This document shows positions 1-9,203 of a stretch of DNA of 64,000 bases, piece by piece; within the stretch, counting starts at the first letter, position 1; each line of letters begins with the position of its first letter. The position numbers and the translations under genes are program-made. The DNA is from a virus: IMG/VR virus record IMGVR_UViG_3300014913_000009, positions 1 to 64,000 of that record; one strand, written 5' to 3'. The notes beneath the pieces were generated by a model. It was not told the origin of the DNA and did no database searches. It saw only the letters and a program-made list of their open reading frames with translations.

Positions 1-61
1 AATTTTCTTCAATAAACCATAAGTATTCATTAAGTTCTCTTTAAATATTTTTAAGTAATCC

Positions 62-96
62 AAAAAAATACTTCCCACTAATTGTGGGAAGTATTT
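62..96 (-). terminator. Intrinsic terminator after the RNAP beta-like gene
   Basis: Inverted repeat AAATACTTCCCAC/GTGGGAAGTATTT followed by a T run on the minus strand, just after the stop at 105. Confidence 0.75.
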
Positions 97-104
97 ATAT
101 TTCT

Positions 105-1847
105 TTAGCTTCTTAATGCAACAAGTAAATTTCTAACATATTCTGATGGTTTGTCATCTTTGTTAGCAATTAAATGCTTATGAAGCAATTCATCACTCCA
201 TCCTTTTGCCGTTGTAATTAAAGCCATTTCACTTGGACTTATTTTCGTTCCGGATAACTTTCCTTTGTTGGTTGGATTTCCGGTATTGTCAAAATGACAA
301 TGTTCTGTATTGCATTTTATCGCTTTACTGGAATATTTATCAAGTACCATCCAATATAATGGAGCGACATATAGATCAGTTGCCTTTCCGTTCCAATCAA
401 CTTCTTTTGTTTTTCCATAACCTTCGTTATAGAGGTTGTGAAAATGAGAAGTTGGTTCAAAATGATCATAATGCATATGAAAATCTTGAATATCTTCTGC
501 TTTTTCATTTGCCATCATTTCGACAAGCATACCTAAATTTCGTCGTTTTAAAACGGCTAATGGTGATGTCGCACAATGAACATTTTTTGGAAATTGGTCA
601 TCAGGAAGAACAAATACAACACCTTTGCCACCAGCACGATTAGTGATTTTATCGCCGGTCTCCAAGGTATGAATTGTTTCGTATAATAAATAAACGCGAT
701 TATATTTCTTGCCTTGAAATAAATATGTAGTTATTTTCAAGTCTCTAATAACACCTTTGTCTATTTTACATATATATTTAGATGAATGACATCCAAGTCG
801 TTTGATCTTTTCATGTTTGGCTAAAACTTTGCCCTTTTCGACAATGTCTCCTATTTTGACCATCATCTTAAAATTGGAAATAGATTTTGGAACGAGAAAC
901 GTTTGTTCGTTTAGTTGTTTGACCGTAAGCATTTCGGAAGCGGTTTTGCTAATTGCAATTTGCTCCTTGTACGTAAGAAAGGGACATAGAATAGTCTTTA
1001 AATGCTTGCCACTTAATGTGCCTGTTATTTGAAATTCATCTCGCCTTCTTTTATGATCGTATTCCGGATGATGGCACCATGGATCTTCGCCATCAACTAC
1101 TTCAACAACACCATTTATGTTAGAGGCGGTCATCCGTCGTCTACTATATTCGGGAAACAATAAATTCTCATGTAATATTTGCGAATATTGTTTACCTCTT
1201 TTTATAAACATTCCATTATTGTCAATTTCCACATCTTTGCATTGATACATAGAAATGCCGACATTTTTACCTTGACTTTGAGTCATATAATCAAGTATGT
1301 TGCTGGCATCAAATATCGGCATTTGACTATTCCGCCCAATATTAGGAGTGTCTATAAATATCTTATTTGGATATAATTTATCAACTGGTGTGACATATTG
1401 TATACTTTTGTGAGTTTTAATGATACGCATTAATTCATATTGAACTCGATCCGGTTCAATCAAATATCCAAACAAATAATGATCTTCTAATGTACGATTA
1501 ATACTATCTCTTATACAACATGCAAGAATATCACATTCATCTATCATATAATAATCTGCAATTGATTTATCCCATGGATTATACAAAGGAGTTGGTTTTG
1601 CAATATTACATATTCTCAATTTTCCGTTTTCCATATGCAAAATATGATTTTCGTCTGGAATCGGCAATGTAAATATAATAGAATAATTGACTTGTTTGTC
1701 ATTTTCTAAATTCATTGTAAATTGAGCATTAGTATCTGAAATTCTAATTTCCGGATTACACATGTAGAACTGTCTGACCGGCGATAACAGTACTTGGAGT
1801 TTTCTTAGTATCTTTTTGACGTTGTCTACTAATAAAGTTTTGTCCAT
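105..1847 (-). CDS. Phage RNA polymerase beta-like subunit (minimal, 580 aa)
   Basis: GDKITNRAGGKGV matches the beta GDKxxxRHGxKGV lysine motif. PLYWMVLDKY and GNPTNKGKLSGTKISPSEM resemble the beta C-terminal YxxKLxH and QPxxGKxxxGGQRFGEME regions. Confidence 0.9.
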   Translation of the reverse strand: MDKTLLVDNVKKILRKLQVLLSPVRQFYMCNPEIRISDTNAQFTMNLENDKQVNYSIIFTLPIPDENHILHMENGKLRICNIAKPTPLYNPWDKSIADYYMIDECDILACCIRDSINRTLEDHYLFGYLIEPDRVQYELMRIIKTHKSIQYVTPVDKLYPNKIFIDTPNIGRNSQMPIFDASNILDYMTQSQGKNVGISMYQCKDVEIDNNGMFIKRGKQYSQILHENLLFPEYSRRRMTASNINGVVEVVDGEDPWCHHPEYDHKRRRDEFQITGTLSGKHLKTILCPFLTYKEQIAISKTASEMLTVKQLNEQTFLVPKSISNFKMMVKIGDIVEKGKVLAKHEKIKRLGCHSSKYICKIDKGVIRDLKITTYLFQGKKYNRVYLLYETIHTLETGDKITNRAGGKGVVFVLPDDQFPKNVHCATSPLAVLKRRNLGMLVEMMANEKAEDIQDFHMHYDHFEPTSHFHNLYNEGYGKTKEVDWNGKATDLYVAPLYWMVLDKYSSKAIKCNTEHCHFDNTGNPTNKGKLSGTKISPSEMALITTAKGWSDELLHKHLIANKDDKPSEYVRNLLVALRS

Positions 1848-3297
1848 TTTTTATTCTTTCAGTAAGTGTGTTTAAAAGTGAATTAAATCCATTGTCTTCA
1901 ATCAATGCATTTAATGTATTAATTCTTTCTTCAAATCCTATTAACCCAGTATTTGAGACTGATGCATCATTAGAAAGAAAATGTAATGGACATCTATTTG
2001 TGATTATCTCACGAATAGTAATTTCATTACGTTCTATTTCTGTCATAAAATCAAAGAAGGGTTTGGATAAATTCTCATCAAGTATGCTTGATAGCAATGG
2101 CATTGTTGTTCTAACTGATAATTTGCTTTCGAGAAGATCAATAATAATTCCGAATCTTTTAGCCAATCCGTGCTTAGAATCAAACAATTCTTGCGATGCT
2201 CTTTCAATGATATGTGCAAATGATTTCATCAATGTAACATTTTGATCTGCGATCAACCATAGCATTTTGGCAAAATTGCCAATCATACCAATCCACAATT
2301 TACCAATAATTATGCCCGATGCTATTTCTAAATCACTTTCTCTTAGATCTTTAAGGTTACCATTAATCCATTTGTTTATATCATCTTTTTTGAGAGATTC
2401 GCAACAATCAAGAATATAATAAGTATCAGAATCTTCATTGAGAATATCTTCAGCGCATAATGAAAAATTATGTACTTCCATTATTCCTTCAATTTCTTCT
2501 TGATAATTATTAATATCTACCGGACCAAGACTTTCCCCAAGTTTCATCTCATGATCCCATTCGAGAGAAGTCCAATCTTCTTGAAGATTCATGCCTGGCA
2601 ATCCCATTAATCCAAATGCCCAATCTCCATCAAAATCGGCATTCATACCTTTCGTATAAGGTGGCGCCATACCAATTGTTGGCTTATCCCATTTTCGAAT
2701 GGTAAGTTTGCGAAAACTTTGATCGTGCAATACTGGCTGCCGAAAAACAATTGCCCATGCAAATTCTGTTGTTTCGCCACAATGTTTATAGAAATATTTT
2801 GCCATTTTTTTGTATATAGGTATTGGTAATGCGATTTCATCATATTCAATCCATGGACAATGACATATAACTCCTCGAAACGAACCTTCGGCACGATGAT
2901 TATATATATTGGTATTTAGCCGTCCTTTCTTGCCGGCAAGATCTAATGTAATGGCATTCCAATACAATCTTACATTAATCGACACTTGCTCATCATAAAA
3001 GTCAGGATCTTCTATATGATAGTCCTCCCATTCTCGAACCATATGAATAAGACGATCAAAATGAAATTGGATATTTGACAATACATATTTGTCATTTATG
3101 ATTTCTGGTTGTTGAGGGGGGATAAGAACATAATCTACTATTTTCCCGCTTGCATTTTCTATTTTGATTGGCAATTTAAATATGCCGCCATTTTTAATGC
3201 ATTCGTCAGTAAGAATATGATTTTCTATAGTCAAAACATCAATAGGATCTACCATCCTCTGGATATATTTCCCTATTGGTCTTAGTATTTTCTTCAT
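1756..3297 (-). CDS. Phage RNA polymerase beta'-like catalytic subunit (minimal, ~513 aa)
   Basis: Contains LAGKKGRLNTNIYNHR...FRGVI, RQPVLH and NADFDGD, with R-to-D spacing of 35 as in cellular beta'. Start set at ATG 3297 after AAAGGAG (track start is 3321). Confidence 0.93.
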   Translation of the reverse strand: MKKILRPIGKYIQRMVDPIDVLTIENHILTDECIKNGGIFKLPIKIENASGKIVDYVLIPPQQPEIINDKYVLSNIQFHFDRLIHMVREWEDYHIEDPDFYDEQVSINVRLYWNAITLDLAGKKGRLNTNIYNHRAEGSFRGVICHCPWIEYDEIALPIPIYKKMAKYFYKHCGETTEFAWAIVFRQPVLHDQSFRKLTIRKWDKPTIGMAPPYTKGMNADFDGDWAFGLMGLPGMNLQEDWTSLEWDHEMKLGESLGPVDINNYQEEIEGIMEVHNFSLCAEDILNEDSDTYYILDCCESLKKDDINKWINGNLKDLRESDLEIASGIIIGKLWIGMIGNFAKMLWLIADQNVTLMKSFAHIIERASQELFDSKHGLAKRFGIIIDLLESKLSVRTTMPLLSSILDENLSKPFFDFMTEIERNEITIREIITNRCPLHFLSNDASVSNTGLIGFEERINTLNALIEDNGFNSLLNTLTERIKNGQNFISRQRQKDTKKTPSTVIAGQTVLHV

Positions 3298-3781
3298 CTT
3301 CGCTCCTTTGCTTAAAGTCAAGTGCCATACGCAGTTTTTGCTCTCCTGTTTGCCCTGCGCTATACTTCATAGACAATCTTACGCTATGATTGTCTTTACC
3401 AATACTTTCATAGTTCCATAATCCAAGATGTCGAATATCCATATTATTAAAATAGTCTGGAGGTGATATTATTCCAGGAATATTCATATTAAATGAAACC
3501 GAACCATCAGATTTTCGCCTACTCGGAACACCATGTATAAATACTTCTCCCGGAGTAGATTTCGTAAGATGTTGTCTTTTTATTTGCAATTTTGCAATTT
3601 CGGCATCTATTTGCTTAATTTCATCTGTTGGTTCTTGTGGTTTATATACTGGAAAAGACTTCATTGATCTCAGTACATGATTCGCGACTTCCTGTATATA
3701 ATCGCAAGTGTCAGGTCTTGGTTGCAACCAAAGTCTTTCTGATTGCATTTCGTCCATTATTTTGAATGCTATATTTGACAT
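3239..3781 (-). CDS. Hypothetical protein overlapping the beta'-like start
   Basis: 180-aa ORF with SD (AAAGGA), in operon with the RNAP genes. Confidence 0.7.
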   Translation of the reverse strand: MSNIAFKIMDEMQSERLWLQPRPDTCDYIQEVANHVLRSMKSFPVYKPQEPTDEIKQIDAEIAKLQIKRQHLTKSTPGEVFIHGVPSRRKSDGSVSFNMNIPGIISPPDYFNNMDIRHLGLWNYESIGKDNHSVRLSMKYSAGQTGEQKLRMALDFKQRSEDEENTKTNREIYPEDGRSY

Positions 3782-3793
3782 AATGTCCTTTCT

Positions 3794-4033
3794 CTATTTT
3801 GCTTCAATATATTTAATATATTGAATAAGTTTCATAATTGTATTTTCTGGATTTGCTTTACGATCAAACAAAAAATCTAAGTTTTCTTTAGTCATCAATT
3901 TTTCAATAGTATGATGTGTTTCTATAATAGAATTTTCTAAATCTATCATATCTGTTGTTACTTTTTTTAACTTTTGTAAAATTTCAAATCTTGTTTTGTC
4001 AAGAAAATCATCATTGAAATCGTCATTATTCAT
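3794..4033 (-). CDS. Hypothetical protein
   Basis: 79-aa ORF with SD, in operon. Confidence 0.65.
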   Translation of the reverse strand: MNNDDFNDDFLDKTRFEILQKLKKVTTDMIDLENSIIETHHTIEKLMTKENLDFLFDRKANPENTIMKLIQYIKYIEAK

Positions 4034-4047
4034 TCTCTATCCTTTCT

Positions 4048-4731
4048 TTATTTTGATAATTGTATTAAAAGTTCTTTTATAGCACTATTAACAATTTCAA
4101 TAACTTCATTTTTTGTAACATATTTATTGTTGAAATTATCAATCAAATTAACAATATCGAAATTAATATCAGAATTAACATTTGTTTGAATCTTTGATGG
4201 GTTACGTTTTTTGATCGAAAGTTTATTTTTTACTTTTGGTAAATAGGGAGTTTTTTTAACTATTGTATTAAAGAATGATAAGTCTTCTTCTTTCATATTC
4301 TGAATTATTTCTTTTGTAGATTTCAAAATTTCTTTTTTATTGTTTTCCCATATTTGCTTTAATGTTTTTCGATTAAAGGAATCGGGTGCTATTCGAAATA
4401 ATTGATATGCATTTATTGTATGATCAATATCTTGTCTTCCTTGCACTATTTTATAAGGAGCAAACATTCTCCCAATCATAAAAGATGAGATATTAAGCCT
4501 TTTGGCTATATCTTTATAAGCCATGTTTGTTGATGTAAGTTTTACCACACGATGATATACTAATCCATCTATTGTATATCGTCTTTTTTCCATATTCCAT
4601 TCAGATGTTAAGCAGTTAGGACATCGGACGAGTCCTTCTTTTTTGTCCCATTGATGTTCGCATTTCATACATGTGAGCATTTTGTAGTCTATCATATTCG
4701 GAAATGTTATTTCTTTTTGAGATGAAGTCAT
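4048..4731 (-). CDS. Zn-ribbon plus HTH-like DNA-binding protein
   Basis: CMKC...CPNC motif and an HTH-like segment MAYKDIAKRLNISSFMIGR. Confidence 0.65.
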   Translation of the reverse strand: MTSSQKEITFPNMIDYKMLTCMKCEHQWDKKEGLVRCPNCLTSEWNMEKRRYTIDGLVYHRVVKLTSTNMAYKDIAKRLNISSFMIGRMFAPYKIVQGRQDIDHTINAYQLFRIAPDSFNRKTLKQIWENNKKEILKSTKEIIQNMKEEDLSFFNTIVKKTPYLPKVKNKLSIKKRNPSKIQTNVNSDINFDIVNLIDNFNNKYVTKNEVIEIVNSAIKELLIQLSK

Positions 4732-5292
4732 TTAGTTTTTCCTTTCAAGAGATTTATTTTCTATAATTTCAATGCGAGATAATACAGATTCAACATCTTG
4801 GACAAGGCTATTAAGTATTGAATATTCAGAATTTTGCGATGAGATTCTATTTGCAACTGCAAGATAATTAGAATATTTCATATTAAATTTTGCCAATTCG
4901 TTTTTTGCTTTTTTTATCAAGTCTTTTCGAATCTTTGTATCTTTGATCGCAATGTCTCCACGTTCCCACATTCTATTAGAATTTGGGATTGATTCAAATG
5001 CACGTATAAATCTATATTTATTATCTGAGCCTTTCATACAAATACGAAGCATGCGAGTAATTTGACGTAATTCATTTTTTCGATTTAGAATACCACCGGA
5101 TCTATCATCCCATGTTAACGAATTATGTAATATATGATTTTTATTTTTTGCTTTTTCTAAAAGCAATTCGATTGTCTTTGATTTTCCAGATACTTTGCTT
5201 ATTGCTTCTCCGACTGCCTGAGCATCAAGTGAAGTCGGGAACATATTTGCCCACGAGAATCTGATAGTCTTTTTTTGTTTTGATGCAATCAT
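4732..5292 (-). CDS. Conserved phage hypothetical protein
   Basis: DAQAVGE...LH..LTWDD pattern that I recall from phage hypotheticals; ATG 5292 follows GAAAGGAA. Confidence 0.65.
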   Translation of the reverse strand: MIASKQKKTIRFSWANMFPTSLDAQAVGEAISKVSGKSKTIELLLEKAKNKNHILHNSLTWDDRSGGILNRKNELRQITRMLRICMKGSDNKYRFIRAFESIPNSNRMWERGDIAIKDTKIRKDLIKKAKNELAKFNMKYSNYLAVANRISSQNSEYSILNSLVQDVESVLSRIEIIENKSLERKN

Positions 5293-5318
5293 TTTGAATT
5301 CCTTTCTTAGAATATAGA

Positions 5319-5352
5319 TATTCAGTCCCCTCAATAAAGAGGGGACTGAATA
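5319..5352. terminator. Intergenic GC-rich hairpin (terminator or processing site)
   Basis: TATTCAGTCCCCTC/GAGGGGACTGAATA 14-bp stem; no clear U tract. Confidence 0.55.
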
Positions 5353-5359
5353 AGGATGA

Positions 5360-6337
5360 CTATGCGCGTATAATACGTGCTGTATGATCTCGAATGTTTT
5401 CGACTTCTTCTATCAATTCTTGTGCATCTTCAGGCAGATTATCAGCCATTGTGCTATCAAGAATTCGACTTGCAATGACTGCTCTGAATGTATAGGGGTG
5501 AACATTTACACTATACGTTTGTAAATTCCCTCGTAAATTTTGCATTCGGGCCTTCATCGGTTTGCCGGTTTTGTTGGATTCTATCTCAACAATATTCCGG
5601 ATATCGTTATGCCATTGAGGTAAAACATCAAGATACAAATGAACACCTGGTTGCATTGTATTGCGACTGAAATAGTCGCTATAAAATGCTTCTAACCGGA
5701 TTTCTGTTCCTTCTCCAGTTGTTGCCGCATAATGAATTAAGTCATTTGGACGGAAATTCATTTTCTCCAGTTGTTGGTTGAACGCGTTATTACGCCGATT
5801 ATTACGCCGATTGTTACGCCTTGCTTGATTCCGTTGATTTCGTTTATCCGATCCACCTTTGCCAACAAGTTCTAATACTGCTAATTCTACATAAGTATGA
5901 ATTTGCAATGAAGTCCCTTCTGGAACTTTCACTTTCTTTGAACTTGTAACATTAATGAATTGAGAAACTACTTCTGCTCCTGCAATTTGATCGCCATTGG
6001 CGATAAATTGCCCCTGAATACGAGCGGGGAGCCAAACTGAATCTTCACCAAGATTTCCAACAATAGATATAATATCGCCTTTTTTATACTCTTTATCGAG
6101 TATGGCTGGATGATATGTTGGAAAATTTGTTTTTGGCTGTGGATTATCAGTTAAAAGACTTCCTACAATTACATCTCCTTGTTTGTGGCATCCTTGGACT
6201 TTAGCAAGTCCTGCGAATTGACACTTTAGAGATATTCCATCTTCTTCCGGAAGAACTACTGCGATTTCTTCTTCTTGGATAATTTCATCAGTTACTTCTA
6301 CTGCTTCGGCCAATACTGGCTTTTTGTTTTTACTCAT
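5360..6337 (-). CDS. Hypothetical protein, possibly OB-fold nucleic-acid binding
   Basis: Long ORF with KKGDIISIVGNL (OB-like), an acidic N-terminus and an NRRN low-complexity insert; start uncertain (6337-6397). Confidence 0.55.
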   Translation of the reverse strand: MSKNKKPVLAEAVEVTDEIIQEEEIAVVLPEEDGISLKCQFAGLAKVQGCHKQGDVIVGSLLTDNPQPKTNFPTYHPAILDKEYKKGDIISIVGNLGEDSVWLPARIQGQFIANGDQIAGAEVVSQFINVTSSKKVKVPEGTSLQIHTYVELAVLELVGKGGSDKRNQRNQARRNNRRNNRRNNAFNQQLEKMNFRPNDLIHYAATTGEGTEIRLEAFYSDYFSRNTMQPGVHLYLDVLPQWHNDIRNIVEIESNKTGKPMKARMQNLRGNLQTYSVNVHPYTFRAVIASRILDSTMADNLPEDAQELIEEVENIRDHTARIIRA

Positions 6338-6655
6338 AATTTTATTCTTTCGATTAGAATTTTTTTTCATATTAGTTAGCATGCCAATCATGTACATGCC
6401 TGCTTGTTTGTTGGCCTATTTACAATTAGCCTTTTGTTACCAAGGGTCGCATTGGTAGCATCCATTATTTAAACAATATTATTACTCCTTATTAAAATTA
6501 ATATTATAAAACCCACTATTTTATGCAAGCCATTAAAAGATGCTCTTTTTCGACTCTCGCTTATGTGTTTTGAATGGCGGAGCATTTGTCATATCATATG
6601 GGGGTCTCAATGTTTACGTCTTAATATCTATATATGGATAGTTATATCTCTTCGG

Positions 6656-6693
6656 AAAAAAATATCCCACCAGTCTTATCGACTGATGGGATT
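6656..6693 (-). terminator. Intrinsic terminator
   Basis: ATCCCA(C/T)CAGTC stem followed by a T run on the minus strand, after ORF 6701. Confidence 0.65.
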
Positions 6694-6700
6694 AGAATTC

Positions 6701-7216
6701 TTAAAGTTCAGGTAAGACGGGCTCTTTGACCTTAGTCTTTGCTTTCGCTTTCGACTTCGTCGAAGATTTTGTCTTCGATTTAGACTTTGTCTCCAATTCT
6801 TCATTATGCCACGATTTGAGCAGTTCTTCTGCTTCTGCAACCGTGATGTGATTAAAATCGGTTAAATCTTCTGTCCCATCAATGGTTTCATCCAGCAACC
6901 TTACTTTGATGCTGTATGTGATAGCATTTATGCTATCAAGCCAATCTGAGAAACGTTCGTCTTTCTTGGCACCACCAATGATGCCATTCATTCGACGAAT
7001 ATCCAGGGTTGACCCAACAATAAATGTCGGTCCGCCTTGACCTCGTCGTTTGGAGACATGAAATGCTCCAAATAGTACTTTCTCGCCAGATTTTCTGGCA
7101 TTGGCAATTTTATTATTTGCCAATGCGTAACACGCCATCAGCAATTCGAATGACGACTCGCCAACTGCCATAGTCAATTTTTCCTGTGACTCTAATACTC
7201 TGTCCATAATGTTCAT
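6701..7216 (-). CDS. Hypothetical protein with Lys/Ser-rich tail
   Basis: 171-aa ORF with SD AAAGGA. Confidence 0.7.
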   Translation of the reverse strand: MNIMDRVLESQEKLTMAVGESSFELLMACYALANNKIANARKSGEKVLFGAFHVSKRRGQGGPTFIVGSTLDIRRMNGIIGGAKKDERFSDWLDSINAITYSIKVRLLDETIDGTEDLTDFNHITVAEAEELLKSWHNEELETKSKSKTKSSTKSKAKAKTKVKEPVLPEL

Positions 7217-7259
7217 AATTTTGTCCTTTCTTAAGACTTTTGAAACTTGAACAATCGAA

Positions 7260-7460
7260 CTATTCGATTGTTTCTTCTACCATTGTCTGACTGTCAGCCA
7301 TTTTGGCTTTTCTTTCAGATACTTTCTCTTTTGCAAGTTCTACTGCTTTCTCAGCATACTTGCTGCCCTTTTCATAGGCCCACAAGCCACCTTCGATGAC
7401 TAATAGTCCTGCAAGACAACTGACACCGACTTCGATGCCTTTTTTAATGACTCTCAACAT
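7260..7460 (-). CDS. Small membrane-anchored hypothetical protein
   Basis: ATG 7460 after AAAGGAG; one hydrophobic helix. Confidence 0.6.
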   Translation of the reverse strand: MLRVIKKGIEVGVSCLAGLLVIEGGLWAYEKGSKYAEKAVELAKEKVSERKAKMADSQTMVEETIE

Positions 7461-7572
7461 AGCGATACTCCTTTCTTTTTGTAATAATAAGTAATAATAT
7501 ATTTCGTAAAGAGAATTATATAAGTTATCTAATAACAATCTTCAATAATCCTCAATACTCTCCCTATTAATC

Positions 7573-7800
7573 TCATACAATCAAGGCCACTACTAAGAAT
7601 AATATTGAGAAACTGCCAATTAGACTGTTTCTCGAAATATTTCTCTTAATACTACCGAAGTTAAGTTCGGCCTCAATGAGAGTCTCTTCGTCCAAGTCTC
7701 TCTTTTTACGCTTGTGGTCATAATACCATAAACCACAAGATGCCAGCATTATTTCAATAACGAATGCCACAATCATCCACACTAATATTTCTGCAACCAT
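7573..7800 (-). CDS. Small two-TM hypothetical protein
   Basis: Two hydrophobic segments; SD AAAGGAAG. Confidence 0.65.
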   Translation of the reverse strand: MVAEILVWMIVAFVIEIMLASCGLWYYDHKRKKRDLDEETLIEAELNFGSIKRNISRNSLIGSFSILFLVVALIV

Positions 7801-7816
7801 AATATCTTCCTTTTCT

Positions 7817-7852
7817 TCATCAATTTTAAATGCGGATTGATGATAACCGCAT
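7817..7852 (-). promoter_or_regulatory. 5'-UTR H-type pseudoknot motif, copy A
   Basis: AUGCGG-UUA-UCAUCAAU-CCGCAU-UUAAA-AUUGAUGA directly before the SD. Confidence 0.7.
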
Positions 7853-7899
7853 ATAAAAAATTAACCCGAGTACAAATCGTACCCGGGTTAATTGAATTA

Positions 7900-8334
7900 T
7901 TATCTATCGCAATTCTCGCAATAGATATACACTTCTCCTCCGGCAATTGCCGGTTCCGATGTATCTAAGTACATCGGACCATGACACTTCGGACATATCC
8001 CGGAAGTGTCGGGTGACCTTTCTAATTCGGGGATTTCGTTTCTTTTGATTGTTCGAAGATACCACCCATCTTCCAATTTTTCGTCTCTTTGAACATCATG
8101 ACCAAATTTTCCGATCCAGTTTACTATTGTGTCTTCCGGATTATTGACTTTTGGTATAATACACCAGAAATTGTCCTCCTCTTCGAGGAAACCTCTTTTT
8201 ACAAACTTCACGAGGGCTTTCCCCTCGCCACCGGGAAGGTATGCGACAACAGCGTACCTCTCCCGAACTGTTTCGCCTTTTCCTCGAAATCCTCCGATTT
8301 CGAAGAACGAAATAGCTTCCAAGAAATTATTCAT
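7900..8334 (-). CDS. Hypothetical protein with C-terminal Zn ribbon
   Basis: CPKC...CENC. Confidence 0.7.
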   Translation of the reverse strand: MNNFLEAISFFEIGGFRGKGETVRERYAVVAYLPGGEGKALVKFVKRGFLEEEDNFWCIIPKVNNPEDTIVNWIGKFGHDVQRDEKLEDGWYLRTIKRNEIPELERSPDTSGICPKCHGPMYLDTSEPAIAGGEVYIYCENCDR

Positions 8335-8349
8335 AACATTCCCTTTTCT

Positions 8350-8383
8350 TCGTCAATTTTATTGCGGATTGACGATAACCGCA
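8350..8383 (-). promoter_or_regulatory. 5'-UTR H-type pseudoknot motif, copy B
   Basis: UGCGG-UUA-UCGUCAAU-CCGCA-AUAAA-AUUGACGA before the SD. Confidence 0.7.
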
Positions 8384-8391
8384 TATTAATA

Positions 8392-8462
8392 TTGGCAAAT
8401 CTCATCAGTACCGGAATGCCAATCCGGCAGACCGACGCCGATACCAGCGTCGGTTTCGATTT
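8392..8462 (-). ncRNA. Type II hammerhead ribozyme (HHR-1)
   Basis: AAAUC-GAAA-[stem III with GUAU loop]-GUC cleavage triplet-[stem I UGCCGGA/UCCGGUA, loop UUGGCAU]-CUGAUGA-GAUUU-GCCAA. Complete core plus a loop I / 3'-tail pseudoknot. Confidence 0.93.
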
Positions 8463-8739
8463 AAATGTATTCTAATACCCAATTTTCCGGGTTGTTTCCC
8501 GGAACTCTACCACCAAAATCAAGATAGTACATTCTATCTATCTTTTTGGAAGAGAGCCCAATTTTGGCGGACTCGTATCCGCCATAACTATCGCTCTCGA
8601 ATGGGTTTATTTCGTATGTCTCTTCATCGACATATCCCAACATGCCGAGAAAATCAGCAACGGTGTCGATAGTGAAGTCATCTGGTTCTTCCCGACTTTC
8701 TACTTCAACGCCGTGAGCGTTATAAATTAAAACTTCCAT
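8461..8739 (-). CDS. Small acidic hypothetical protein between two hammerheads
   Basis: 92-aa ORF with SD AAAGGAAA. Confidence 0.7.
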   Translation of the reverse strand: MEVLIYNAHGVEVESREEPDDFTIDTVADFLGMLGYVDEETYEINPFESDSYGGYESAKIGLSSKKIDRMYYLDFGGRVPGNNPENWVLEYI

Positions 8740-8754
8740 AATATTTCCTTTTCT

Positions 8755-8787
8755 TCGTCAATTTTATTGCGGATTGACGATAACCGC
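8755..8787 (-). promoter_or_regulatory. 5'-UTR H-type pseudoknot motif, copy C
   Basis: Core identical to copy B. Confidence 0.7.
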
Positions 8788-8794
8788 TTTGAAA

Positions 8795-8863
8795 TTGGCA
8801 TTCTCGTCAGTACCCGGGTGCCAGCCGGATAGACCGACGCCGATACCGGCGCCGGTTTAGAAT
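8795..8863 (-). ncRNA. Type II hammerhead ribozyme variant (HHR-2, G12U)
   Basis: Same fold as HHR-1 with compensated stems and CUGACGA, but UAAA replaces GAAA. Confidence 0.8.
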
Positions 8864-8865
8864 TT

Positions 8866-9201
8866 TTAAATATCGTGAATATTTTCTAAAATGCACTTCG
8901 CGCTTTCCGGCGAAGACACTTCGAATTGTTTGACGGCATAGCGTCGGAGACTCATGCCGAATTGTTTCCACATGTCTTCTGCGGAGAATTCTTCTCCGCG
9001 GGGCGGAAATTTCTCGAATTCTACTGCGATATACACGCAGCAGAGGGAAGCTAAGTGCAGCGGCAAATTACCAATACACAAATTCCCGGCGACATCTGCC
9101 GGGATAGCATTTCCCGTGATGATGTCAAAATCAATCCCGCTATAGCGGGATGTAATGGCTTTTACGGTCGCCGGATGGCGACTGATAATTAAATTTCTCA
9201 T
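8866..9201 (-). CDS. Csx16-like (VVA1548-family-like) protein
   Basis: LIISRHPAT...IGNLPLHLA..C resembles the Csx16 SRHxGA / GTLPxHLA motifs. Confidence 0.6.
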   Translation of the reverse strand: MRNLIISRHPATVKAITSRYSGIDFDIITGNAIPADVAGNLCIGNLPLHLASLCCVYIAVEFEKFPPRGEEFSAEDMWKQFGMSLRRYAVKQFEVSSPESAKCILENIHDI

Positions 9202-9203
9202 AA

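Noticed and set aside
6519-6586. Possible pseudoknot AUGCUC/GAGCAU with GCCAUU/AAUGGC
   Set aside because: Single copy with short stems; could be chance
7817-8787. preQ1-I riboswitch as the identity of the pseudoknot
   Set aside because: S2 is a full 8-bp helix leaving no ligand-binding loop, and downstream genes are unrelated to queuosine; not excluded without cmscan
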